Part shown: piece by piece, positions 24,676 through 35,999 of the stretch
Numbering within the stretch: the stretch's first letter is position 1
How the letters are laid out: each line of letters begins with the position of its first letter
Origin: Felis catus
Lineage: Eukaryota
Assembly: GCF_018350175.1 (NCBI RefSeq)
Contig: NC_058383.1
Coordinates: forward strand, 20,462,001-20,526,000
DNA: 64,000 nucleotides
Direction of reading: 5' to 3'
The notes under the pieces: generated by a model
Databases searched by the model: none
Told to the model about the DNA's origin: nothing
Seen by the model: the letters and a program-made list of their open reading frames with translations, nothing else
Program-made: the position numbers and the translations under genes

Positions 24676-25250
24676 AAATGACTTAAGCTATCTTCATACT
24701 AACAGGCAGTGTTTAGATACGAATATGTCGTAACCAAAAAGATACCACAAATCAAAGACCGACTTTGCACTGATGAGCAGGACTTGGCCAGAAGGAAATA
24801 AAGTTCTGCATTATCAAACCAGTCTCCCAAAACAAGACGGTATAGCTGAAAGAGGAAAACAATTCTTGTGTTTGGGTCTCAGAGAATGATAAGCATCCCA
24901 CATCTGAAATAACCATTTGAGAGGCGGGCTGCCAAAAGGAATCTGGTTTATCCTGATGGAGTGGGAAGGTCAGGACAGAAGTGGTGAGCCTAGTATAGAA
25001 TCTGTGAATGCTATCACTGGCATTGTGGCTATCCTGGTAGGATTGTTGAGATGCAAAAAGAACATCTGGTTGTTCTTCCTACACAGCCTAGCCATGACCT
25101 AGAGGAGTCTCTAACATCCTGTCCGGTTCAACCACATCCAGCTGCACAGAGGCACCCCAATCTCCGTCAAACTACTGATGACATTCTTCAACTTTTCTCT
25201 TCTTTTGTTTTCATTTTTCTTTTCTTTTCCTTTCTTTTCTTTCCTCCCTT

Positions 25251-25272
25251 CACACACGCACACACACACAGG

Positions 25273-25315
<43 letters not shown>
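25251..25315. repeat. (CA)n microsatellite
   Basis: Direct. Confidence 0.95.
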
Positions 25316-25318
<3 letters not shown>

Positions 25319-25539
25319 GAAACAGTGTATACAGGGGATGTATATGTATATATATCCCCAGTGTCTAAGGGCTGCCATAAGACAGGGCAAGGAGTCAACA
25401 AAAGTAAGCCTTTATCCTTGCAGTCGGTCCACAGAAGTCATTCTGCAGGAGTAACTCAAATTCCCTTTGGACATGGGAAGAAAAGTTCTCAAAAACAGTA
25501 AGCCCATGCTACGCACCAAACACCGTTCCCGTACGTTAC

Positions 25540-25740
25540 CAACAGAGGCTCTGGGGTACGACGCTCCAGGCTTGAATCCCAGTTCAGCTGCTTCCTAACT
25601 TTGTGACTGTGGCTGAGAGAAGCTGACCCTCTGAATCCTCCACATCACCGTTTCGAAAACGGGAACAGTAAGGGTACCCTGCACATTGGGTTTACACAGA
25701 GGTAGAAATATACGTGAAGGTGGAAAAGGTACGTGAGCAT
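25540..25740 (+). mobile_element. MIR
   Basis: GGCTTGAATCCCAGTTCAGCTGCTTCCTAACTTTGTGAC..CCCTCTGA. Confidence 0.6.
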
Positions 25741-26594
25741 ACAGTGGAACAGTGCCTACGTATCTGGGGCTAGAATATTGGGATTCAATCCTCCATTCCT
25801 TTTTACAAATGCGTAACTGAGGCTCAGAAGGTGGACACGATTTGCTCCAGTTTTCCTCACAGCCCGTGACACGGCCGTGATGCACGCACATGGGGTGCGC
25901 ACACACACACACACACACACACTCACACACACATCAACGCTCATTCTTTACGGATGTCATCAACCCTTTGCCTGAACAACACTGATATCAGTGTCCCTGG
26001 GTCATCTGTATGTTCTTATTATACAATATACTGAAAAGCTCTCCTTATATCTGAAGGGCTTTATTAAGGTGCTAAATATGTCTTTCTTGGACCCCCAAAG
26101 CACCAATAGGTGGGAAGTTGCTAGGAACCAACTTTAGAACAGGATCTGGGGAGGGGAGGGGTTAGCATTTCTAACACTAGCTCTTCCGGGTTCTGGCGTA
26201 TGGTTTCCGGTGTCCAAATATGAAATCGTCCAGAAGTGAGAGAGAATATGGGACGTAGAGATCCAAAACGGCCATAAAATCCAGGTAGACCTAAGGGAAT
26301 CGTTCATACACGAGGTAGAGAGCTGAAAAGGGGTCGGAGGTACAGAGTCAAGAGCCAAGAGCAGAAAACCATATGTCTGTGCCAAGGTTATTTAGCTTCT
26401 CTTAAACCCAGTAAAACATAGCTACGTGAAGTAAAAGTACACACAAAGTGAGTATATATGTCCAACCCATGCATGTAAAAAACGGATTCACCTGTGACTT
26501 CTTTTTTATTCTTAGATTTTTGCCACAGCCTCCATGAACAGCCAGCCCCGTGCCTAGTTCTGGCTTTGCTTCTCTCCCCCCCCCAACCCCCGAT

Positions 26595-27315
26595 GTTATT
26601 GAGGTATGATTGACATGTGAAAAGTAGCACATATGTAATGAACACAACTCAGAGTTTGGGGGTAACTGTACCCCCGGGACACCATCCCCACCATCAACAC
26701 TACAAACACAGCCGTCTCCTCCCCCAGCTCCCTCCCACCTTCTTTCTCATTATCGTCATTATCATTACTGTTTCTGTTCTCGTGCGGGGGCACGTAGGTA
26801 AGAACACTTAACATACCCTCGCAGGAAACTTTAAGTACACAATGCAGTACTGTTTACTGTAAGTACTGGGCCGTGTGCACATCTCTGGAATTTATTCACC
26901 TTGCGTAACTGAAACCCTGTAACATTCAACCATCAGCTCCCATTCTGCAAGACTTCCAGCCTCTGGGAACCACCATTCTGCTCTCTGATGATTCTAGCTT
27001 TTGTTTAATGTTTATTCATTTATTTTGAGAGAGAGAGAGAGAGAGAGAGAGGGGGGTGCAGGGGAGGAGCAGAGAGAGAATCCCAAGCAGGATCTATGCT
27101 CTGTGCTGAGCCTGACAGGGGCTCCATCTCACAAACAATGAGATCAATGACCTGAGCCGAAATTCAGAGTTAAGCAACACTTAGCCAACTGAGCCACTCA
27201 GGCATCCCTCTAACATTGTTCTATAAATGAGATCGTGCAGGATTTGTGCTTCCGCGTCTGGCTTATTTCCCTTAGCATAATGTCCTCTGGGTCCCCCCAC
27301 GTTGTCACAAATTCC
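26595..27315 (-). mobile_element. L1 3' region (L1MA/MB-like) interrupted by a SINE
   Basis: TTATTGAGGTATGATTGACA, GTAAGAACACTTAACAT, AACCACCATTCTGCTCTCTG, TCTGGCTTATTTCCCTTAGCATAATGTCCTC. Confidence 0.8.
27000..27208 (-). mobile_element. CAN-SINE
   Basis: Reverse-strand SINE with GA tract. Confidence 0.85.
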
Positions 27316-27699
27316 ACTGCCCCCTTCCTGACACCCATGCCTCTTCGGCTCTTCTCTTGCTAAACTTCCGTTCATGTGGCTTTTCCTTTTTTTCCTTTGA
27401 GAAGGTCGAGGTCCCCTGTGGCTCAGGGTCTCCTCCCATCTGCCTTGATCCCTCTTTTCTCCGCATCTCCAGGGTCGGCTCCTTAGGACTCTGCTCGCAG
27501 CTAAAGACCGTCCCTGATCATCTGTCAAGCAAGTCTTGCTGGATCCCACTTCTGTCCACCTCCCTCATTGCACTCCTAGATATCTGTAAAGCACTCTATG
27601 CCTCTCCCTCCCCGTCCTCCCCCTCCTCCTTCTTTCTCTTCTTCTTCCTCCTCCTCTTCCTCTCTTCCTTCTCCTCTTTATTATCATTATTATTATGGT

Positions 27700-27835
27700 T
27701 GCTATTATTATCCCGATTTTACAGATGAGGTAATAGGCTCAGAGCAATTAAATAACTTGCCTAAAGTCATACTGCTACTAAATGGCAGAGCTGGAGTTCT
27801 GCCCCAAGAAGTTGGGTTCCAGAGCCCAAGCTTGT
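27700..27835 (-). mobile_element. MIR
   Basis: ATTTTACAGATGAGG..GGCTCAGAG..TAACTTGCCTAAAGTCA..AAATGGCAGAGCTGG. Confidence 0.8.
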
Positions 27836-27990
27836 ATCTAATGCCCACATGTGTAACTCCAGTCATTTTGTCCTTAGTAATAAGTGATGATCCCAGGGGA
27901 AATTGGGCATCCTAGGACCTACATGGTCTTTCCTGAATTCCCAGCCACATTTGTTTGGGCTGGAAAAACTCATTAAAAAGAACTGGCCAA

Positions 27991-28214
27991 GGGGCGCCTG
28001 GGTGGCGCAGTCGGTTAAGCGTCCGACTTCAGCCAGGTCACGATCTCGCGGTCCCCGAGTTCGAGCCCCGCGTCGGGCTCTGGGCTGATGGCTCAGAGCC
28101 TGGAGCCTGTTTCCGATTCTGCGTCTCCCTCTCTCTGCCCCTCCCCCGTTCATGCTCTGTCTCTCTCTGTCCCAAAAATAAATAAACGTTGAAAAAAAAA
28201 ATTAAAAAAAAAAA
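27991..28214 (+). mobile_element. Young felid CAN-SINE
   Basis: TSD AAAAAGAACTGGCC at 27975-27988 and 28215-28228; long A tail. Confidence 0.97.
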
Positions 28215-29081
28215 AAAAAGAACTGGCCTGGGGAGGCTCAGACACCAAGCTCAAGGTCTCAAGTGCTTTCAAGGCCTCTGGGTCCTTTTACCTTTCTAGG
28301 GAGGCACACCCACCAGTACAAGATGACCCATTAGTGCCAAGTCAACGCCTTGTGATGGGATGGATCGCAATTCCTGCAAACTTGTTGCACTGTTCTTGAC
28401 TGGGTATGGTCCTTCGGGGCTGGGCTATTCACAAAATGCTAACAAATTTCCCACATGTCTGATTCAGTGTTCCCAGGGAGATTCTCCGTCCTTGCTCCTT
28501 AACCTTCTGAAGATGTGTGGGCACAGACAGCCAGAGACTTACCCCCAGGCTCTTTTATTGTTCCCTTCGCCTCCTAAACAGTCTCTGAAGACAAGAGGAT
28601 GCAAGGACCTGAGGGTTTTGGGGTCCAGGTTTAGAGGGGTCCACCCTACCATCTACCATGACTCCTTCCTACACGTCTCCAGAATATGGGTCCAAACTCT
28701 GTTAATGGGCCCCAAGAAGATGATTTCCACTCACTTCCAGGTCTTGGCAATTTTGCTCCCCTAACTTCACCAATGCCACATATCTACTCTAAGTAACACT
28801 AATAATCTGTATTTATAGTCCATGTAAACTCTCAACTTTGTAAGGAAGGCCGTCAGCTCTAATACAGCCCATCCCACCCACCTCAGGAATGGTTGTGTCC
28901 TGTTAATTGTCACAACCATCAGAGGCAAGCTGGTTCACTGGCCCTCCTTTCAAGATGGAGGGAGACCGCAAGCATGCCTTCTCCAATGTCGCACCCGCAT
29001 AAACGACAGAGCTGAGACTCAAACCATTGTCCTGGAAAGTGACATGATACAAGACACATGACAAGCTGCTGACTCTGCCGG

Positions 29082-29582
29082 GTATTGGTTAGCTTTTGCT
29101 GTGTAACAAAAAGTCCCAAAATGTAGTGGCTTAAACCAGCAGTCTTTTGGTTACCATAGATTAGCACACTAGGCTGAGCTGAATGGAGCAGCTCTTTGGG
29201 TCTCACCTGGGATCACAGGGCAGGACATCTGTGGGCAGCTGGGAGCTGCTGACCTAGGATGGGCTCAGCTAAAATGGTTCATCTCTAATGATCTCTTTTC
29301 CTCCAGCAAGCTAACCTAGGCTCTCAGTGACGCCAGGGAGAGGTCCGAGATGGGAAAAAAGTTGCAAAGTCTCTTGGCGTAGGCTCCGAGCTGGAATTAC
29401 ATTACTTCCGCCACATTCTATCGGCCAAAGCAAGTCACAAGAACTTCCCGGATTCCAGGGCAGGAATACAAATTCTACCCCTCCCCCTCTTGATGGAAGA
29501 AACTACACAGTCCCCTATGGAAAGGCTAGGAAAACAGACAAGGGAAGCATGTGAAGCTTTTTTTTTTTTTTAATCTACCACA
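29082..29582 (-). mobile_element. MaLR solo LTR (MLT1H/I-like)
   Basis: GCTGTGTAACAAA..CCCAAAATGTAGTGGCTTAAAC; CTTCCGCCACATTCTATCGGCCAAAGCAAGTCAC; AATCTACCACA end. Confidence 0.78.
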
Positions 29583-29706
29583 GGGTATTATAAAAAAAAA
29601 AAAAACTTTTCATTTTTAAAGGACATAATCCTTCCATTCAGACCATTTACACTACAAAGATTAGAACCATCGTTAAGTACAAACCTATGAAAATAGCTCA
29701 CATATT

Positions 29707-29853
29707 AAGGTTGAATTTAATATATGCACATGTTCATTATACCTTCATAAAAAAATAAGCCTTAGAGACTGGTCATTCTCCTCTATAAATACGTGATTAT
29801 TAATCTTAGTGAACTACTCTTTTAATGTATTTACCAACAGATGTAATTAACCC
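29707..29853 (+). repeat. Diverged direct repeat, copy 1 (partner 32603-32756)
   Basis: AAGGTTGAATTTAA..CCTTAGAGAC..TCATTCTCCTCT.TAAAT..TTTTAATGTATTT.CCAACA..TTAACCC. Confidence 0.85.
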
Positions 29854-30419
29854 CACGTAATGATCCGTTGCTCGTTCCCAAGCCCTCTCACGGCACTTTT
29901 CTCCTTTAATCAAAGAGCAATCTCGAAGTAGGGCAGAAGAGTTATTGCCGAGTTTTGCTACATCCGACAGCACGGAGATTCTGAGAACATGAGAAACCAC
30001 CTAAAGCCACACTGTTAACTTGCACCTCTGGCTACGGTACCATTAGTTACCGAGCAAACACGTTTCACACTACACCCAAATGCCTCGCGTCCCATGAAGG
30101 ATTTCTCAATCCCCCCGGTGAACGGAGAAGTCCTTTTATACTGAACACGCTTACAAAATCCTAACCACATCTTCTCCAATCAAATGGGGGGAGGGCGGCG
30201 CCCTGAGGTGTGACCCCAGCTCCTCACTTGATTGGTGACTCGGCATAGCTCACTTTCAGTCCCTGCCCTAAGTACTCCCCAGAGCTTTCTGCGCTGTTTC
30301 AAATCGGTTCCATTCGTTAAGATTTCTAAAGTGTTTGAGGCTTTGCAAATCAGTGCGTACAGATGCTATTCCGTTTAATCTCCACAATTAGGGATTACTG
30401 TCCGCCATCGACAGATCTG

Positions 30420-30940
30420 TAAGTCAGGATAAATGTGCTCCCAAGAAATCTAATTCAAACTGGTTTAAGCAGAAGAAAAACAACAATAACCAAAGAATGT
30501 GTTGGTTTACGTACCTGGAACACACAGAGGTCCTGTGGCTTCAGCTGACCGGGTGTTGGAAACAAAATCCCCACCTCCTCCCTTCGAGCCCGCTTTCCTT
30601 GCCTTGATTTCACTCACAGACAGCGCCACAAGCTCCTGGTTTATAATCCAGCAGTTTAAGGAAACTAGCAGAATAAAGCCCTTTAGTCCTGGTCTTTCCG
30701 GCAAAATTCCTGGAAGGATCCTCATTGGCTTGGCCTGAGTCACGTGCCCATGCGCGACCAGATCCGCGCGGTCAAAGGGATGCAGAGCTCTGATTGGCCA
30801 GGCCCGGCCTTGCGCCTGACCGGGGAGCGGAGGCAGGACAGGCCTTCGGAAACACAGGGGGAACGGTGGTCCGGAGTGACGTCGGGTGACCGAAGAGGCC
30901 AAGGGTGCCCGGCAGAAGGACAATAAAGGATACCCGCAAT
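30420..30940 (-). mobile_element. Old MaLR LTR (MLT1K/L-like) with a CpG-rich end
   Basis: AATTCAAACTGGTTTAAGC, CATTGGCTTGGCCTGAGTCACGTGCCCA, CTCTGATTGGCCAGGCC. Confidence 0.55.
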
Positions 30941-31074
30941 AGTAAACCCCAGAAGAAAGGCTCACGTGCAGGAAGGGGTTCTCCGAAAAGGGCCCATGTT
31001 CTGAGTACAAGGTTCAAGGCCTGTGGCCTGCACGCTACCCCTCGGTCAAGGGAAAGCCCTGCCGAAATACTCTG

Positions 31075-31522
31075 AGCACTTCTCTACTCCAAGTATGTGG
31101 TCGTTTTCCCGCCCCAGGCAGTTCTCCAGTTCTCAGTGGATGCTGGCTGAGTGTCCTACAATTGAAGTCCATTCCCACACCCTACCCGGAAACGGTACCA
31201 GATCGCAGAGGTTAAGGGCTCAGTCCTGTTAGGGGCTCAGACGCCGATCCCAAGTCGAGCCTGTCACCTATGCTTCTGGCTGACAGGCTAGATATCAGAG
31301 GTTCCCGCCGCCCCTCCTAGGATTTGATGCAAGAATGTCTCAGAGAACTCAGGCAAACCACTTATTCCCTAGATCACTGTTTTATTTTAAAAGAATATAA
31401 CTCAGGGGGCGCCCGGGTGGCTGTCTGTTAAGGGCTGGACTTAGGTTCAGGTCGTGATCTCAAGGCTCGTGAGTTTGAGCCCCCCATGACGCTGGATCCT
31501 GCTTTGGGTTCTGTGCCTGCCT

Positions 31523-31554
<32 letters not shown>

Positions 31555-32120
31555 GCCCCTCCCCTGCTCAGGCTCTGTCTCTCTCTCTCTCTTTCAAAAA
31601 TAAATAAACATTTTTAAATTTTTTAATAAAAAAAATAAACAGGTAGAACTCAGGAATAGCCAGATGGAAGATGCACATAATAAGGTATGGGGAAAGGAGT
31701 CCAAAACTTCTACGTTGTTCCAGAACCTCTATGTGTTCACCAACCCAGAAACTTCTAAAACCACTGCCTTTTGGGATTTGGGGCTTGGGGAGGATTTGGG
31801 GGGAGGCTTCCTTGCAGAGGCATGATGGATTAAACTGGCCTTTGGTGATTGATCTCAATTTCCAGCCCCCCTCCCTTCCCCAGAAGTCGGGGCGGGGGGG
31901 GGGCGCTGAAACTTCCAATCCTGTACTCTTTGGTTGGTTTCCCTGGCAACCAGCCTCCAGCCACAAAGTGCTATCCCAAAGTCACCTCATTAACATAAAT
32001 TCGGGTGTAGATGGAAGCCGTTTATTAGGAATATCAAAAGACACCTTTAGTGCTCTTCAGAAATTCCACTTAAGAAATTCCAAGGGTTTTCGGAGGTCTG
32101 TGCAAGAAACCAAAGATCAA
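31075..32120 (-). mobile_element. MER21-like LTR interrupted by a SINE
   Basis: GTGTCCTACAATT, GGTTAAGGGCTCAGTCC, GTGTTCACCAACCCAGAA, CCCTGGCAACCAGCC, GTCACCTCATTAACATAAA, GAAATTCCAAGGGTTTT. Confidence 0.75.
31405..31640 (+). mobile_element. CAN-SINE with internal deletion
   Basis: Head, CT tract and tail; AACTCAGG on both flanks. Confidence 0.88.
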
Positions 32121-32127
32121 ACGTGTA

Positions 32128-32290
32128 ATGATGTCATCGTTCATGAGTTCGAGCCCCAGGTCAGGCTCTGTGCTGAAGGCTGAGAGCCCGGAGCCTGCTT
32201 AGGAGTCTGTGTCTCCCTCTCTCTCTGCCCCTCCCCTGCTCATGCTGTGTCTCTATCTCTCGAAAGTAAATAAACATTGAAAACAATTAT
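32128..32290 (+). mobile_element. 5'-truncated CAN-SINE
   Basis: Starts near GAGTTCGAGCCCC; no head. Confidence 0.85.
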
Positions 32291-32404
32291 TTTTAATTCT
32301 TCTAAAGACAGGAAAGAATGCTCAAATCCCTCCCCAGTCTGCAACAAACACCTCACACCTCCAAAGTCTCCTGTTAGGAATTTCTTAAACTTATGGATAT
32401 GTTT

Positions 32405-32650
32405 GAAAACACGCAGCCTGAAATGATCCCATTTATCTGCTATTCTGGAAGTGGCAAAAACACGGAGACAGAAAATGGATCAGGACTCTCCAGGGGCTGG
32501 GGGTGGGGGGGGTCTGATGACAAAGGGGCACCGAGAAATTTGGGGGAGGGATGGCATTCTGGAAGGGAAGGTATGTGCCAAAGTCACAGAACTATGCCCT
32601 AAAAGGTTGAATTTAATGTGTGTAAATAATACCTTAATAAAAAAAAATGA
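32405..32650 (+). mobile_element. Old L1 (L1ME-like) 3' end
   Basis: ATTCTGGAAGTGGCAAAA..CAAAGGGGCAC..TCACAGAACTATGCCCTAAAAGGTTGAATTT. Confidence 0.6.
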
Positions 32651-32756
32651 AAAGATAAACCTTAGAGACGGATCATTCTCCTCTGTAAATATCTTAAGAT
32701 TGATTTTACTAGAAAACTAGTGTTTTAATGTATTTCCCAACACATATCATTAACCC
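32603..32756 (+). repeat. Diverged direct repeat, copy 2 (partner 29707-29853)
   Basis: Aligns colinearly with copy 1. Confidence 0.85.
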
Positions 32757-33929
32757 TGTTGGGAGAGTGCCTGTGGTCTCTTACTCTCTTCCTCTAAGGG
32801 CTAACAGCCATCGATCTTGGAATCCAGATGACCTTAGGCCTGCTTGGCTTCCGCACCTCTCTCTCCTGGGCAGGTAACACCCTCCTTGACATTCCTTCGC
32901 ACTTAAATACTCGAAGTCATTTCGATTTCCTGCCCAGACACAGACTGATGAAATTGTCATCCGCGAGATTTCCGTGGGCCTCTCGGTCTGAACACATGGG
33001 TGCGATTTCGGAACCGCAGTTCATCATGGACCCGCTGTGAGGTCTTGGCCGGGGCAATAAATGGTGCCGTTTTCCTAGCTGTAAGACACAGGTGTTCAGA
33101 GTGGTGATCACTGAGGGCACCGAGGGCCAGCGTCGTGCTAGAAATCTCTCTCCAAGGCCTGCATGAATGTTTTCAGCATCAGTCTTAGTTACACGTGCCT
33201 GCATTCTCTTCGCCACGGGCTCCTGGCTGTGTGGTTTCTCTCGGCCGCTGAGCCGATTATGAAATAAGCTGGACCAGAGCCAGGTTGTGGAGAATGAGCC
33301 CGAGCTGAGTGGATGGGCAAGATGGAGGCAGCCTGGTCATCCCGCCCCTCGGGGAGGACCCGACAGCCAGGAGCATCCTCAGACCCTACGCAGGAGGCTC
33401 CCTCGTCCCGCAGCCTGAGCGACCCACGCCTGCAGGAGGACCCGGCTCCTTCACTCCGCCGCCCCGAGGCACACAACGCAGCCAGCAGCCCTGCCGTCTC
33501 CCAAGAACATCCCTCGCAAGTTGGAAAGCCTAGAGGAAAGCCTAGAAATGGGGACGCTCCCCTGTCTGAGTTCATTAAGATTCCAGCTTCCAGTAGATAC
33601 TACCACGACTATAAAAGAAAAAAAAAAAAACCATCGAACTTGAAGATCTTCCTTTCCCGAGTTCGTCCTTCTCTTCACGCAGAGACGTTCCCTGGAGGCT
33701 CTCGTGGAGGGAGTACTGATTCTGAGTTTTCACCGTCACAACCACTGAGCACCTACAATCAGGGCCATCGCAACCACTGCCATAACCACGGTAATAGCCC
33801 TCGATGTTTCGCTGTTCCAGGCACCTGACCTTCAAATTCGGCATCTCGTGTTTAACCTCATGACAGCCTAAAAGCTACATCCCATGTTCCCCCTTTACAC
33901 TGATCTTAGGAGTAGTTATTAGTTATTAC

Positions 33930-34452
33930 ATCGCAGCTCCAATGCCTGTCACCTTATCCAAGAGAAGTTCCCTGGCCTCCCTGCCTAAAATAAAGTGCAT
34001 TCACCCACATACACATCTTTTCACCTCATCTGCTTTGTTACTACGATTCTTTTTTTTTTTTTTAGGTTTATTTCTTTATTTTGAGAGAGACAGAAACAGC
34101 ACAAGTGCGTGAGGGACAGAGAGAGAGAGAGAGAGAGGGAGAGAGAAAGAGAATCCCAAGCAGGCTCCATGCCATCAGCACAGAGCCTGACGCGGGGCTC
34201 GAACTCACGAAACCACGAGATCATGACCTGAGCTGAAACCAAGAGTCAGTCGCTTAACCGACTGAGCCACCCAGGTGCCCCATCATGATTCTTACCACCA
34301 CCCAAAATATACGTTTATCTTTTCTCGTCTGTCTTTTCCACTAGGATGTAGAGTCTATGAGAATAGGGTCTATTTTCTTCACCCTTTGTATCTTCAGCAC
34401 CTAGGAAAGCTCCTGACACATAGTAGGTGCTCAATACATGATTAAATGAACC
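33930..34452 (+). mobile_element. L2a 3' end interrupted by a SINE
   Basis: CAGCACCTAGGAAAGCTCCTGACACATAGTAGGTGCTCAATA..AATGAA terminus. Confidence 0.75.
34050..34281 (-). mobile_element. CAN-SINE
   Basis: Reverse-strand SINE. Confidence 0.92.
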
Positions 34453-35999
34453 GCTCACTCCCTTCAGAGTATTTACCATTACCTGGACTCGTTTTAATCA
34501 TTTACGTGTTGACTGTTACCATCTGTCTACTGTTCTACCCACGGGAGCAGAGCACAGGAAGGGCGAGAAGCCTATCTGAGGTCAGAAAAGCCCAGAACCG
34601 GCAACACAATCATAATCACTACCTTTTGTTGGTCCTAAGCTATGTGTTGACACTGCGGTAAGGGCTAGCTGGCACCAAGACCTATGATAGAATTCCCCAT
34701 AGCTTTCTAGGAGTGTTAGAGCCAGGAGGACAGAGGCCTTGCCTCATTGGCTCACTGCTGTGATCCCTGAACCTGAAACATGCCTTGCACCCAGAAGGTG
34801 GTCGGCAAATGTCTCTTTGGACCCAGAGCCGATCAAGAATAGAACTGGAATCGAGCTCACTTCTTGACTCCAGATGCCCTGTCCACTACCTTCAGTTTGG
34901 TCCCTGGGTTGGCTCTATCCCAAACATTCCTGGAACATGAATGACAAGGTATCGGCTCAGCAGGAAAGTGCAGAACGTGAGGCCTATCCACATAGCGTGT
35001 CTCCCCTTCCACGACCTGGGCATTACCATGGCAACGGGCCCAGCTGGGGACACCGGGGATGTGAATCCCAACCAACACTGTCATCTCCCGGCTTTCTACC
35101 ATGGAAAAGGTTAGTGGAGGAACCGTCTGGAGCAGTTTAAGGCAGGTGTATCTGATTTCCAAGTCTATGCATTTCCGTATCACGTAGATGGGGGCACACA
35201 TGTACATCCCTCTGGACAACCGTGAAATCCAAGGGTCAGAAAGGAGGCCCATGGCTCAGTAGAGCCTGATCCAAGTTCATACATGAAAGGTGGGTCATCC
35301 GGAACTGGCACACTGCAGACAGAGGGAAGCACAAGGCAGGCTGGTCCCTCTGGGAGAAAACCAGTCATTTCCCTCTTGTTCCCCCTTTGTACTCAAGGAA
35401 CTAAAGCCATCCATTCAAAGAGTTCAGTCATTCACTATCAAGGGCACACCTGCCATTTTCTTCTCAGCTGGAAATGGAACAGCTCCCTTAAGTGGGTATT
35501 CACATCCAAAATCTTTTTTTTCTTTCTTGAAAATGACTTGATCTCCACACACTCTCCCACAGCCCTGCTGATCTAGTCTGTGCTGCTTTGCCCCATAATT
35601 CAAAGAGGCTGGGATCCCTTCTCTGATGAAGCGCTCTCCCCTGGGACCCTCCAAACCTCCTAAAGTCCGGCCCCCTTGCACCTCAGGTCAGATCAACCCT
35701 GAGTCCATTCAAGCCGTAACCTGTCCTTCTTCCGGGTTCCAGGACCTACAGCCTACAAAGCCTATGCTGCTTCGTCACAGCCTAGAATCCTCTAAGTCAG
35801 GCTCGCAGCACTCTCCCATTTTTGAGGTAAGAAAACTGAGGATCACCGCAGTTTCCCGGCTGATCCAAGGTCAGGCATCCCAGAAGCTCCAATCTGATGC
35901 TGACCCGTGGTTATTTTGTCCTAGAAGTGTTGGCTGCTCTCAACCCACTTGGCCTGAGCCAAATGTAATGATGGATAGCCCCTATATTTTCTGTTCTTC

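Noticed and set aside
23558..24733. 391-aa ORF (and the 267-aa antisense ORF)
   Set aside because: Open only because a CT tract lacks stop codons; low-complexity translation.
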